Below are positions 26,634 to 36,861 of a DNA stretch of 64,000 nt, in pieces; within the stretch, counting starts at the first letter, position 1, and each line of letters opens with the position of its first letter. The notes under the pieces were generated by a model, which did no database searches, was not told the origin of the DNA, and saw only the letters and a program-made list of their open reading frames with translations. Both the position numbers and the translations under genes were made by a program. Source of the DNA: an uncultured Alphaproteobacteria bacterium (GTDB lineage: Bacteria; Pseudomonadota; Alphaproteobacteria; Rhizobiales; Afifellaceae); the NCBI GenBank assembly GCA_963801225.1, contig CAWDED010000001.1:150371-214370 (forward strand). Reading direction: 5' to 3'.

Positions 26634-26844
26634 ATATCCCGTTCTGATCGAGCCGCTGAGCGCGGACGACGGCGGCGGCTTTCTGGCAACCGTGCCTGAC
26701 CTGCCGGGCTGCATGTCCGATGGCGAAACACCCGAGGAAGCTTTGGCCAACGTTCGAGACGCCATCATCGCATGGATAGAGGCCGCTCAGGACATGGGCC
26801 GCCCGGTACCCAGCCCTTCGCCACGGATGCATGCTGCCGAGTAG
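26620..26844 (+). CDS. hicB: HicB family type II antitoxin
   Basis: MAKLEYPVLIEPLSADDGGGFLATVPDLPGCMSDGETPEEALANVRDAIIAWIEAAQDMGRPVPSP is a textbook HicB N-terminal domain. Confidence 0.8.
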   Translation: MAKLEYPVLIEPLSADDGGGFLATVPDLPGCMSDGETPEEALANVRDAIIAWIEAAQDMGRPVPSPSPRMHAAE

Positions 26845-26847
26845 CTC

Positions 26848-27505
26848 GTGACAGGCTCTCCACCTCAGGTCGGCGTCATCCTGGCCGGCGGACTTGGCAG
26901 CCGCATGGGCGGCGGCGACAAGCCGCTGATGACGCTCGGCGGCAAGCCCATGCTCGACCGCGTGATCGAGCGGCTGAAGCCGCAGGTCGACACGCTGGTG
27001 CTCAACGCCAACGGCGACCCGGCCCGCTTCGCCCGACTACGGCCTGCCGGTCGTCGCCGACACGGATCGAGGGCTTCGCCGGCCCGCTCGCCGGCCTGCA
27101 TGCCGGCATGCGCTGGGCCGAAGAAGAACCGGCCGGAAGCGCGCTTCATCATCTCGGCGGCGGCCGACACGCCGTTCTTCCCGGCGGACCTGGTCGCAGC
27201 GCCTTGCCGCCTGCGGCGCCGACGCGGAGGACACGATCACGCTCGCCGCCTCGCCGGCCGGCACGCATCCCGTCTTCGGCCGCTGGCCGGTGGCGCTCGC
27301 CGACGCGCTGGAGGCGTTTCTGCAAGGCGGCGAAGGCGGCAAGATCCTCGCCTTCGCCGACCGCTACATCCGCCTCAACGTGCCGTTCGACGAGATCGCG
27401 CTCTCGGACGGCGAGACGGTCGATCCCTTCTTCAACGTCAACACGCCCGAGGAGGCGGAGCGGGCGGAGGAGATCGCCGCGGCGCTGGAGGGGCGCGCCG
27501 CGTGA
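26848..27505 (+). CDS. mobA: molybdenum cofactor guanylyltransferase MobA; four frameshifts as assembled
   Basis: GVILAGGLGSRMGGGDKPL..., then DYGLPVVADT, then IEGFAGPLAGLHAGMRWA, then KKNRPEARFIISAAADTPFFPADLV, then LAACGADAEDTITLAASPAGTHPVFGRWPVAL... One-nt insertions lie at ~27033, ~27064, ~27120 and ~27202. Confidence 0.85.
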
Positions 27506-28020
27506 CGACACCCGTCTTCGGCGTCACCGGCTGGAAGAACTCCGGCAAGACGACGCTCGTCACCCGGCTGGTCACCGAGTTCACCCGCCGCGGCCTGACG
27601 GTCTCCACCGTCAAGCACGCGCACCACGCCTTCGACATCGACAAGCCGGAGACCGATTCCTTCCGCCACCGCGAGGCCGGCGCGCGCGAGGTGATGATCG
27701 TCTCCGGCGCACGCTGGGCGCTGATGCACGAGCTCGCGACGAAGGCGAGCCGCCGCTGGAGGCGGCGCTGAAGCATGTCTCGCCCTGCGACCTCATCCTG
27801 ATCGAGGGCTACAAGCGCGAGGGCCACCCGAAGATCGAGGTGCGCCGGCGAGGCGACCAGCGACAAGCAGCGTCTCGCCTACGACGACGCCTCGATCCTG
27901 GCGGTCGCGGCGGATTTTCCGACCGATCCCGACGGGCGCCCGCAGTTCGATCTCGACGACGTGAACGGCATCGCCGATTTCATCGCGGCGACGCTCGGCC
28001 TAAAACGCCAGGATGGCTGA
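27502..28020 (+). CDS. mobB: molybdopterin-guanine dinucleotide biosynthesis protein MobB; two frameshifts as assembled
   Basis: GTG overlaps the mobA stop (GTGA). P-loop GVTGWKNSGKTTL. There is a deletion at ~27735 (HEL/RDEGEPPLEAALKHVSPCDLILIEGYK) and an insertion at ~27848 (EATSDKQRLAYDD...). Confidence 0.85.
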
Positions 28021-29298
28021 CCGCCGCCTCATCGACGACTGCTTCCTGACCGACAGCGAGCGGCTGCGCCACGACGAGGCGCTCGCCATCCTGCGCGCCC
28101 GCGTCGGCCGCGTGGTGGAGGCGGAGCGCGTGCCGCTCGCCGATGCGCTCGGCCGCATCCTGGCGGAGACCGTCACGAGCCCGCGCAACGTGCCGGCCGC
28201 CGACAACGCCGCCGTCGACGGCTACGCCTATGCCAGCGCCGACTACGACGCGACGGGCGGATACTTTCCGGTGGTGGCGCGGATCGCCGCCGGGCACCCC
28301 TCCCCCGTCCCGCACCTGCCCGGAACCGCCGTGCGCATCTTCACCGGCGCCGTCATGCCGGCGGGCGCCGACACCGTCGCCATGCAGGAGGACTGCGAGC
28401 CGCACGTGCAGAAGGCGCAGGGCTTCGTTGCGATCCCGCCCGGCCTGAAGCCCGGCGCCAACCGGCGCAAGGCGGGCGAGGACCTGGCCGAGGGCGCGGT
28501 CGTGGCCGGAGCCCGGCACGCGGCTCCGCCCGCAGGAGCTCGCCGCCATCGCCTCGACCGGCGCGGCTGAGGTGGCGGTCTTCGAGCGGCTCAGGGTCGC
28601 GATCGTCTCGACCGGCGACGAGATCGTGCGCCCCGGCACGCCGCTCAAGGCAGGGGCAGGTCTACGATTCCAACCACGTGCTCCTGAGCGCGCTGCTGGC
28701 CGGCGTCGACTGCGTCGGTCACCGATTCCGGCGTCCTGCCGGACGACGCGGACCTGGTGCGCGAACGCGCTCGCCGGGCTTGCCGCGAGCCACGACGCGG
28801 TGCTCACCACCGGCGGCGCGTCGCGCGGCGAGGAGGACCACCTGATCGCCAGCCTCGACGCGCTCGGCAAGCGGCATCTGTGGCAGCTCGCCGTCAAGCC
28901 GGGCCGGCCGATGAGCTTCGGCCAGATCGGCGACTGCGCCGTGGTGGCGCTGCCGGGCAATCCGGTCGCCGCCTTCGTCTGCTTCCTTCTTTATGTCCGG
29001 CCGATGCTGACGCTGATGGCCGGCGGGAGCTGGCCGGAGCCGCAGCGCTTCAGCGTCCCCGCCGATTTCGACATCGCCAAGCGCAAGACCGGGCGGCGGG
29101 AGTTTTTGCGCGGCTGGCTCGGCACGGACGACGAACGGCAGCCTCGTCGTGCAAAAATTCCCGCGCGACGGCTCCGGGCTCATCACATCGCTGCGCGAGG
29201 CCGACGGGCTGATCGAGATCACCGAGGACATCCCCGCGGTGAAGCGCGGCGAGCCGGTGACCTTCCTGCCGTTCTCGGGGCTGGGGCTGGCCCCTTAG
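28013..29298 (+). CDS. moeA: molybdopterin molybdotransferase MoeA; five frameshifts as assembled
   Basis: The blocks NVPAADNAAVDGYA, VSTGDEIV, QVYDSNHVLLSALL, TTGGASRGEEDH, LPGNPVAAF and FPRDGSGLITSLREADGLIEI are spread over three frames. One-nt insertions lie at 28508, 28656, 28717, 28769 and 29133. Confidence 0.9.
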
Positions 29299-29299
29299 A

Positions 29300-29344
29300 G
29301 CATGATCCCGCAAAGCGGGAACCGGTTTCCCGCCTTCGCGAAGC
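29300..29344. repeat. 45-nt dispersed intergenic repeat, copy 2
   Basis: GCATGATCCCGCAAAGCGGGAACCGGTTTCCCGCCTTCGCGAAGC lies just 3' of moeA. It contains the internal hairpin GCGGGAA-CCGGT-TTCCCGC. A further ATGATCCCGGG motif and the ATCTTGG-TTG-CCAAGAT hairpin follow at ~29395-29435. Confidence 0.6.
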
Positions 29345-29588
29345 AGCATCGTGGGTCTCCTCGGCGCTCCAATTCACCGAAGCGAAATCCGTGCCCGCGA
29401 AATCTTGATCTTGGTTGCCAAGATATGATCCCGGGCCTCGGAGCTGACGGATTTCCGCCCATCAGGCTTTGATTCGACCGAGAATAGCGGCAGACTGGCC
29501 TCACCAGGGCCGGACGCATCGGCCGATGCTCCCGGCGGGCCCGGTTTTTGCATGCCGGGAAATCAACGAAACTTGGCAGGGAGCCAAC

Positions 29589-30369
29589 ATGCGTATCCTC
29601 ACCCGTCTCGCGGCCGCCGCCGCAATCGTCGCCCTTTCCGCCGGCATGGCCGGCGCCAAGGACTGGTCCCACATCCGCATCGGCACGGAGGGGGCCTATC
29701 CGCCGTTCAACAATCTGGAGGCGGACGGCTCGCTCGTCGGCTTCGACGTCGATATCGCCAAGGCGCTGTGCGAGCGAGATGAAGGTCGACTGCGAGTTCG
29801 TCGTGCAGGACTGGGACGGCATGATCCCGGCGCTGCAGGCGGGCAAGTTCGACGCCATCATCGCGTCCATGTCGATCACCGACGAGCGCAAGCAGGTCAT
29901 CGACTTCACAGACAAGTACTACAACACGCCGCCGGCCATCGCCGCGCCGGTCGGCTCCGACCTGAGGGGCGTCGCCGCCGACGACCTCAGCGGCAAGAAG
30001 CTCGGCGCGCAGTCCTCCACCACGCACTCCAACTATGCGGAGGCGCACTTCCCCGACGCCGACCTGCAGCTCTATCCGACCGCCGACGAGTACAAGCTCG
30101 ACCTGCAAAGCGGGCGCATCGACGCGGCGATCGACGACGTCGTGGTGCTGTCGGAATGGCTCGACACGCCTGAGGGCGCCTGCTGCCGCATCGTGGGGAC
30201 GCTCGCCATCGACCCGGTCATCAACGGCATCGGCGCCGGCATCGGCATCCGCAAGGAGGACACCGATCTGAAGGAGATGTTCAACGCCGCCATCAAGGCG
30301 ATCCGCGAGAACGGGAAGTACAAGGAGATCAACGACAAGTACTTCTCCTTCGACGTCTACGGCAGCTGA
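29589..30369 (+). CDS. amino-acid ABC transporter substrate-binding protein (His/Lys/Arg/opine type); one frameshift as assembled
   Basis: Signal peptide MRILTRLAAAAAIVALSAGMAGA. IRIGTEGAYPPFN...GFDVDIAKALC continues as SEMKVDCEFVVQDWDGMIPALQAGKFDAIIASMSIT after an extra G at 29772. Confidence 0.85.
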
Positions 30370-30426
30370 CCCGGAGATATCCCGCCGGGCCACCGGGCCC
30401 GGCGGGGACCTTGAGGCGGGGGCCGG

Positions 30427-31140
30427 ATGGACTCGATCGGCACGCTCCTCTCGTTCGGCGACCAGGGCTGGGCGGACGAGATCGCCCGCGGCACGCTCGT
30501 CACCGTCTCCCTGGCGCTGGTGACCCTCCCCTTCGGACTGCTGCTCGGCTTCTTCGTTGCGCTTGCCAAGGATACCGGCGAGCCGTCGCTGAAGCGCGCC
30601 GCCGAGATCTACACCACGATCTTCCGCGGGCTGCCGGAGCTCTTGACGCTCTTCATCGTCTATTTCGGCGTGCAAATCCTCATCCAGCGGGTGGCCGGGC
30701 TGTTCGTCGACAACGCCTATATCGAGATCAATTCCTTCGTCGCCGGCATGGTGGCGCTCGGGGTGGTCTTTTCCTCCTACTCCAGCGAGGCCCTTCTCTC
30801 CGCCTTCAAGGGCATCCCCAAGGGCCAGTATGAAGGCGGCCACGCGGTCGGCCTGTCGGGCTTCCAGACCATGTGGCTGATCATCCTGCCGCAGCTCATC
30901 CGCCTGGCGCTTCCGGCGCTCTCCAATCTGTGGCTGATCCTGTTGAAGGACACCGCCTACGTCTCGGTGATCGGGCTTGCCGACATCCTGCGCCAGGCCG
31001 GCATCGCGGCGCGCGTGACCAAGCAGGCCTTCCTGTTCTTCGGCGTGGCCTGCCTCATCTACCTGGTGCTGGCCATCGTCTCCTCCTTCGTGCTCGGCTG
31101 GATCGAGCGCTGGAGCACGCGCGGCGAGGCGGCGCGGTGA
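30427..31140 (+). CDS. amino-acid ABC transporter permease (HisQ-like)
   Basis: Intact 237-aa ORF with the EAA-loop region EALLSAFKGIPKGQYEGGHAVGLS. Confidence 0.85.
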   Translation: MDSIGTLLSFGDQGWADEIARGTLVTVSLALVTLPFGLLLGFFVALAKDTGEPSLKRAAEIYTTIFRGLPELLTLFIVYFGVQILIQRVAGLFVDNAYIEINSFVAGMVALGVVFSSYSSEALLSAFKGIPKGQYEGGHAVGLSGFQTMWLIILPQLIRLALPALSNLWLILLKDTAYVSVIGLADILRQAGIAARVTKQAFLFFGVACLIYLVLAIVSSFVLGWIERWSTRGEAAR

Positions 31141-32003
31141 CGGAGATCGCCGCCATCGACACGAGCTCCCGCTCTGCTCCGCAGGCGCCGCCGAGACCGT
31201 GGACGAAGGCCCGCATCGCCGGCCACGTGCTCATGGGCCTGTGGATCGCCGCGGGCGTCTGGCTCGTGGTGCATCTGGTGCTCGCCTACGACCCCGTCTT
31301 CTACGCCCGCTACACGCCGAAATTCATCGACGGCACGATCGTCACGCTGGAGATCGTCAGCCTGTCGCTCGTCATCGGCGCGGCGATCTCGCTGCCGCTC
31401 GCCTTCGGGCGCATATCGCACAACCCGCTCGCCTCGGCGCCCTCCTTCGCCTACGTCTATTTCTTCCGCGGCACGCCGCTGATCGCCCAGACCTTCCTCG
31501 TCTATTACGGCGCCGGCACGTTCCGCGCCGAGCTCGAGGCGATCGGGCTGTGGTGGTTCTTCCGCGACGCCTTCAACTGCGTGATCTTCACCTTCGCGCT
31601 CAACACCTCCGCCTATCAGGCGGAGATCCTCTCCGGCGCCATCCGCAACGTGCCGCGCGGCCAGGTGGAGGCGGCGACGGCGCTCGGGCTGCGCGAGTGG
31701 ATCATCTTCTACAAGGTGGTGCTGCCGCAGGCGCTCATCGTGGCGCTCAGGCCCTACGGCAACGAGATCGTCCTGATGATCAAGGGCTCGGCCGTCGCCT
31801 CCATCGTCACGGTGTTCGACCTGATGGGCGAGACGCGGCGGGCCTATTCGCGCTCCTTCAACTTCGAGACCTACATCTGGGCGGCGATCATCTACCTGGT
31901 GATGGTGGAGGTGCTGCGGCGCGTCTGGGACCTCCTGGAGGCACGGCTGACGCGGCATCTCAATCGCGACACCTCCGCCAAAAAACCCGCCGCACCGGGC
32001 TGA
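31137..32003 (+). CDS. amino-acid ABC transporter permease (HisM-like)
   Basis: GTG at 31137 overlaps the upstream stop (GTGA). The product contains FRGTPLIAQTFLVYYG and AEILSGAIRNVPRGQVEAATALGL. Confidence 0.85.
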   Translation: MTEIAAIDTSSRSAPQAPPRPWTKARIAGHVLMGLWIAAGVWLVVHLVLAYDPVFYARYTPKFIDGTIVTLEIVSLSLVIGAAISLPLAFGRISHNPLASAPSFAYVYFFRGTPLIAQTFLVYYGAGTFRAELEAIGLWWFFRDAFNCVIFTFALNTSAYQAEILSGAIRNVPRGQVEAATALGLREWIIFYKVVLPQALIVALRPYGNEIVLMIKGSAVASIVTVFDLMGETRRAYSRSFNFETYIWAAIIYLVMVEVLRRVWDLLEARLTRHLNRDTSAKKPAAPG

Positions 32004-32063
32004 CCCCGAAGCGCCGGCGCGCTAAGACACCACCACATTTCAACGCAAGCGAGGAAACACGCG

Positions 32064-32933
32064 ATGGCAAAGGTCGCCTTCATCGGACTCGGCGTGATGG
32101 GCTATCCCATGGCGCGGCACCTGGCGAAAAAGGGCGGGCACGATCTCGTCGTCTACAACCGCACCGCCGAGAAGGCGAAACAGTGGGTATCGGAGCACGG
32201 CGGCGCGCATGCCGACACGCCGCGCAAGGCGGCCGAGGGCTGCGATTTCGTCTTCTCCTGCGTCGGCAACGACGACGACCTGCGCTCCGTGACGCTGGGC
32301 GAGACGGGCCTCATCGCCGGCATGAAGAAAGGCGCGATCTACATCGACAACACGACGGCGAGCGCCGCGGTGGCGCGCGAGCTCGCCGAGGCCTGCGGCA
32401 AGGCCGGCGTCGGCTTCCTCGATGCGCCGGTCTCCGGCGGCCAGGCGGGCGCGGAGAACGGCCAGCTCACCGTCATGGTCGGCGGCGAGCAGGCGACCTT
32501 CGACAAGGCCAGGCCGGTCATCGAATGCTATGCCAAGATGGTGGGCCTGATGGGCCCGGCCGGCGCCGGCCAGCTCACCAAGTCGGTCAACCAGATCTGC
32601 ATCGCCGGGCTGGTGCAGGGCCTGTCGGAAGGCATCCACTTCGCCAAGAAGGCCGGGCTCGACGTGGAGAAGGTGATCGAAGTCATCTCCAAGGGCGCGG
32701 CGCAGTCCTGGCAGATGGAGAACCGCTGGAAGACCATGGACGAAGGGCATTTCGACCACGGCTTCGCGGTGAACTGGATGCGCAAGGACCTCGCCATCTG
32801 CCTGGAGACGGCGCGCCAGAACGGCGCCCACCTGCCTGTCGCGGCGCTGGTCGACCAGTTCTATTCCGAGGTGCAGGCCATGGGCGGCCAGCGCTGGGAC
32901 ACGTCGAGCCTGATCGCGCGGCTGGAGCGCTAG
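32064..32933 (+). CDS. NAD(P)-dependent beta-hydroxyacid dehydrogenase (3-hydroxyisobutyrate dehydrogenase family)
   Basis: Rossmann motif VAFIGLGVMGYPMARHL, plus DAPVSGGQAGAENGQLTVMVGG and the family C-terminal domain. Confidence 0.85.
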   Translation: MAKVAFIGLGVMGYPMARHLAKKGGHDLVVYNRTAEKAKQWVSEHGGAHADTPRKAAEGCDFVFSCVGNDDDLRSVTLGETGLIAGMKKGAIYIDNTTASAAVARELAEACGKAGVGFLDAPVSGGQAGAENGQLTVMVGGEQATFDKARPVIECYAKMVGLMGPAGAGQLTKSVNQICIAGLVQGLSEGIHFAKKAGLDVEKVIEVISKGAAQSWQMENRWKTMDEGHFDHGFAVNWMRKDLAICLETARQNGAHLPVAALVDQFYSEVQAMGGQRWDTSSLIARLER

Positions 32934-32979
32934 CCGCGCCACGTGGGGACGCGATGTGGCCAACGCCTATCGTTTGTCA

Positions 32980-33011
32980 TCCCGGTTTGCCGCGCAGCGG
33001 CAAGACCGGGA
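32980..33011. repeat. REP-like GC-rich hairpin A
   Basis: TCCCGGTTTGCCGC-GCA-GCGGCAAGACCGGGA forms a 14-bp stem with one mismatch, in the 32934-33126 spacer. Confidence 0.5.
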
Positions 33012-33066
33012 CCTATGAACACCCGACGGCGGAGCATTGTGCCATGACCTTACCCTCCGTGGTCAT

Positions 33067-33106
33067 GGGTCCCGGATCGGCGCTTGCGCGCCGTCCGGGA
33101 TGACCC
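33067..33106. repeat. REP-like GC-rich hairpin B
   Basis: GGGTCCCGGATCGGCGC-TTGC-GCGCCGTCCGGGATGACCC is an imperfect inverted repeat of the CCCGG...CCGGGATGAC type seen in alphaproteobacterial intergenic repeats. Confidence 0.45.
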
Positions 33107-33126
33107 ATCGAGAAGGGGGAGCTTCG

Positions 33127-33823
33127 GTGGAAGCGGAGGCCATCCTCGCCGAGCTCCGCGCCGCTCGGCTCTGAAGAAAACCGCGCCGGCATGGCGCGCT
33201 TCGGCATCAACACCGAGCGCGCCTATGGCGTCTCCATGACGACGATGCGCCCCATCGCCCGCCGTCTGAAGCGCAATCATGCGCTGGCGCAGGCGCTGTG
33301 GAAGAGCGGCATGCACGAGGCGCGCATCCTGGCCGCGCTGATCGACGATCCGAAACAGGTGACGCCGGCGCAGATGGACCGCTGGGTGGCGGACTTCAAT
33401 TCCTGGGACCTCTGCGACCAGGCCTGCATGAAGCTTTTCGCCCGCACGCCCTATGTCGACGACAAGGTGCGCCAATGGGCGAACGACGAGCGCGAGTTCG
33501 TGCGCCGCGCCGCCTTCGCGCTGATCGCCGGCTACACGGTCCACGCCAGGAAGGCGCCGGACGCGGAGTTCCTCGCATGGCTTCCGCTGATCGAGCGTCA
33601 CGCGAGCGACCCGCGCAACTTCGTGAAGAAGGCGGTGAACTGGGCGCTGCGGCAGATCGGCAAGCGCAATCTCGCGCTGCACGCCCCTGCCCTGGCGCTC
33701 GCCGAAAAGCTCGCCGCGTCCGACGACAGGACGGCGCGCTGGATCGGCCGCGACGCCGTCAAGGAGCTGACCGACCCGGTGCAGATCGAACGGGTGCGCC
33801 AAAGGTCTGCCCGTTCCGCCTGA
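33127..33823 (+). CDS. DNA alkylation repair protein (AlkD-like HEAT-repeat family); one frameshift as assembled
   Basis: GTG at 33127 follows AAGGGGGA. EAEAILAELRAA continues as GSEENRAGMARFGINTERAYGVS after an extra base at ~33160. Later blocks are ...NFVKKAVNWALRQIGKRN. Confidence 0.8.
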
Positions 33824-33862
33824 GCCGGCCGGGAGCGAAAGGCGGCACGCTCATTCCGTGCG

Positions 33863-34456
33863 TTATGCGCTTGGCGCCGGCGTCCGCCACCAGGCGGGAA
33901 CACTGCCGCCGTGGCGCTCCACCATCGCCAACAGAACATAGGCGACGTCGCGCTTGTGCCTGAGATCGATCACAGGCACGTAGATCATATGGTCGCTGCG
34001 GCTGAAGAGACTGCGCCATGCCCCGAAGCGCAGGAAGTTCCTGCGCGCCTTGATCCGATGCCGAAGCGTCATCCAGACGGCGGGATAGGTCAGGTCGAGC
34101 ATGTTCACGACCTCCGCATGCGAGACGGCGGACCAGGGGATGGGCTCGTCGGCGACGCGGGGCGAATAGAAGCCTTCGTCGTCGACGCGGAGCGCCGGAG
34201 CGCCGCTTGCAACGTCCTTGAAATAGATGATGACACCGCCGAGCGGTATCACGCTCATCGCCATGGCGATTACGGCGGCCAGCAACGACGAGCCGGAGGG
34301 CGGCACGGTGAGGAACGCGCTGACAAGGCCAGCGATGCTCCCCAAGGCAAAGAACAACCCGGCCAGAGCGATCACGAGAATGTAGAGGCCAGCAAGCCAG
34401 TCGCGTCGCGGCCGCGCTTCGAAAGGAAGCGCCACGCGCATCGGGCGCGCATGCAA
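33863..34456 (-). CDS. hypothetical membrane protein (two TM segments plus cytoplasmic domain)
   Basis: 197-aa ORF with the hydrophobic segments LAGLYILVIALAGLFFALGSIAGLV and LLAAVIAMAMSVIPLGGVIIYF. I recognise no family. Confidence 0.45.
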   Translation of the reverse strand: MHARPMRVALPFEARPRRDWLAGLYILVIALAGLFFALGSIAGLVSAFLTVPPSGSSLLAAVIAMAMSVIPLGGVIIYFKDVASGAPALRVDDEGFYSPRVADEPIPWSAVSHAEVVNMLDLTYPAVWMTLRHRIKARRNFLRFGAWRSLFSRSDHMIYVPVIDLRHKRDVAYVLLAMVERHGGSVPAWWRTPAPSA

Positions 34457-34560
34457 CGGCCGCTTGAGCGTCCGGTGGCCCGGAATGTCGATGAAGCTCT
34501 CCTGTCCGGCGGTTCGGTCGGAAGCGATGACGTCCTCCCCGTTCGGCGCGATCCGACGCG

Positions 34561-35052
34561 CTATGACGCCCGCTGCTTCGCGGACGGATCGAGTTGCATA
34601 TAGCCGAGCGGCAGCGCGGTCTCGTTCTTGATGGTCTGCATGGCGAAGGCGGAAGAGACGTCCATGATGTCGACCTTGGAGACGAGCCGCTTGTAGAAAG
34701 TGTCGTAGGCCTCGATGTCGGGCACCACCACCTTCAGCAGATAATCGATCTGCCCGCTCATGCGATAGAACTCCACCACCTCGGGAAACTCGTCGATGGC
34801 GCGCGAGAAGCGGATCAGCCAGTCGTCATTGTGCTGGTTGGTGGTGATGAACACGAACACCGTCACCTTGGCGTTGACCTTGGCCGGGTTGAGCACCGCC
34901 ACGCGGCCCTTGATGACGCCCTCCTCCTCCATCTTCTGGATGCGCCGCCAGCAGGGCGTGGTGGACAGGCCGACGCGGCGGCCGATCTCCGCCACCGGCA
35001 CGGTGGCGTCTTCCTGCAGAAGGGTCAGGATCATGCGGTCGAGGCGGTCCAT
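34561..35052 (-). CDS. Lrp/AsnC family transcriptional regulator
   Basis: MDRLDRMILTLLQEDATVPVAEIGRRVGLSTTPCWRRIQKMEEEGVI is followed by an AsnC-type ligand-binding domain. Confidence 0.9.
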   Translation of the reverse strand: MDRLDRMILTLLQEDATVPVAEIGRRVGLSTTPCWRRIQKMEEEGVIKGRVAVLNPAKVNAKVTVFVFITTNQHNDDWLIRFSRAIDEFPEVVEFYRMSGQIDYLLKVVVPDIEAYDTFYKRLVSKVDIMDVSSAFAMQTIKNETALPLGYMQLDPSAKQRAS

Positions 35053-35298
35053 GTTGCGCGTCCTTGCGAATCCGAATTAGAACAATTTCCTATAATACGT
35101 AGCATTTCGGCGTCAAGATTGCATTTGGTAGCGGCCATCGAGCCAATCGCAAAATATTGTTCCCGACTCGAGCCTGCTTGTGGCTCCCGCCCTCATGGCC
35201 CCGGCGATTCCCGGATTCTTAACCACCAACGCTCGGGCATTCTTAACGGGGTGCATGTAATGCACTGAAAAAGCGAGTAAAAAAGAAACAGCGTAGGC

Positions 35299-36861
35299 AT
35301 GGCGTCGATAGAAGAGGCAGTCTCCGCCTCCCCCACCAAGACAAAGTCTCGCGCCGCAAGCCGGCAGGCGATCACGCGCGCGCTGCTCGGTCATCTGCCG
35401 GCGACGAGCGATCCGCGCCGCAACCTCTTCCACTTCGATCAGGAGATGACGGAGGAGTTCGCCAAGAACCGCCTCTCCTCCTACGCGGTGGTGCCGTTCC
35501 TGGTGCTCTCGATCGGCGCCGTCATCGGCTGGCTCGGCAATATCTACGCCGCCTTCGGCTGGGTCGTGCTGGTGCTCCTGGTCCACACCTATGCCATGAG
35601 CGCGGCGCGCACCTTCCTGCGCGAGGGCGTGTCCAATGTGAGCCTGGCGCTGTGGAAGCGGCGCTTCGTGCTGCGCGACCTCGCCTATGGGCTCACCTGG
35701 TCGATCTTCCCGCTCCTCATTCCGCCGAGCTCGGATGCCGACATGGCGGGCGGCGTCGCCATCATCCGGCTCGCCGCCGTCATCGTGGTGCTTGCCGTCG
35801 GCGCTCTTCTCTCCGCACCGATCCCGGCCGCGGCGGTCGCCAGCACCTTGCCGATCGCGCTTTGCATGGCGGCGGTGCACATCTTCGATCCGAGCTTCTT
35901 CAACATCTCCATCTCCGCATGCACGCTGACGGCGGAGATCCTGTTCCTCTACCTGACCGGCCATCTCTACGAGCAGAACGCCCGCAGCCTCGCCTACCGG
36001 GCGGAGAAGGACGCGCTCTTCGCCGAGCTGGAGCAGTCCAAGGCCGTGTCCGACGAAGCGCGCCGCCGCGCCGAGGCGGCCAACATGGCGAAGTCGCAGT
36101 TCCTCGCCACCATGAGTCACGAGCTGCGGACGCCGCTCAACGCCATCCTCGGCTTCTCCGACCTGATGCGCGGCGAGATGCTGGGGCCGATCGGCAACGA
36201 ATCCTACAAGAACTATCTCGACGACATCCATTCGAGCGGCCAGCACCTTCTGAGGATCATCAACGACATCCTCGACCTGTCGCGCATCGAGGCCGGCAAG
36301 CGGGCGCTGCGCGAGGAGCTCGCGTTGCTTTCGGAAGTCGCGAGCGAGGCGTGCTCGCTGCTCGACCTGAAGGCCCGGCAGAAGTCGATCACCATCAAGG
36401 AGAACTTCGAGGACAAGCTCCCCAAGATCGTCATCGACGAGCAGGCGATGCGGCAGGTGGTGCTCAACCTCGTCTCCAACGCGCTGAAATTCACGCCGGA
36501 GAACGGCGAGATCAACGTGAAGGTCGGCCGCACCAAGTCGGGTGGCCAGTACATCTCGGTGCGCGACAACGGGCCGGGCATCCCGGAGAAGGAGATACCG
36601 GTGGTGCTCTCCGCCTTCGGCCAGGGGGCGATCTCCATCAAGACCGCCGAACAGGGCACCGGGCTGGGCATCCCCATCGTGCAGGCGCTCGTCCACATGC
36701 ACGGCGGCAATTTTACGCTGCGCAGCAAGGTGGGCGTCGGCACCGAGGCGATCGCCACGCTGCCGGCCAAGCGCGTCGTCTCCGATTTCCGCCGCGACAT
36801 GCGCTCCGGCCCCAGCCGCGCCCCGCGCGATCTGGCGATCGCGCTTCGCCGCGCGAGTTGA
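35299..36861 (+). CDS. membrane sensor histidine kinase (HisKA + HATPase_c)
   Basis: Multi-TM N-terminus, H-box FLATMSHELRTPLNAILGF, N-box VVLNLVSNALKFT and G-boxes DNGPGIP and GTGLGIPIV. Intact 520 aa. Confidence 0.85.
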   Translation: MASIEEAVSASPTKTKSRAASRQAITRALLGHLPATSDPRRNLFHFDQEMTEEFAKNRLSSYAVVPFLVLSIGAVIGWLGNIYAAFGWVVLVLLVHTYAMSAARTFLREGVSNVSLALWKRRFVLRDLAYGLTWSIFPLLIPPSSDADMAGGVAIIRLAAVIVVLAVGALLSAPIPAAAVASTLPIALCMAAVHIFDPSFFNISISACTLTAEILFLYLTGHLYEQNARSLAYRAEKDALFAELEQSKAVSDEARRRAEAANMAKSQFLATMSHELRTPLNAILGFSDLMRGEMLGPIGNESYKNYLDDIHSSGQHLLRIINDILDLSRIEAGKRALREELALLSEVASEACSLLDLKARQKSITIKENFEDKLPKIVIDEQAMRQVVLNLVSNALKFTPENGEINVKVGRTKSGGQYISVRDNGPGIPEKEIPVVLSAFGQGAISIKTAEQGTGLGIPIVQALVHMHGGNFTLRSKVGVGTEAIATLPAKRVVSDFRRDMRSGPSRAPRDLAIALRRAS

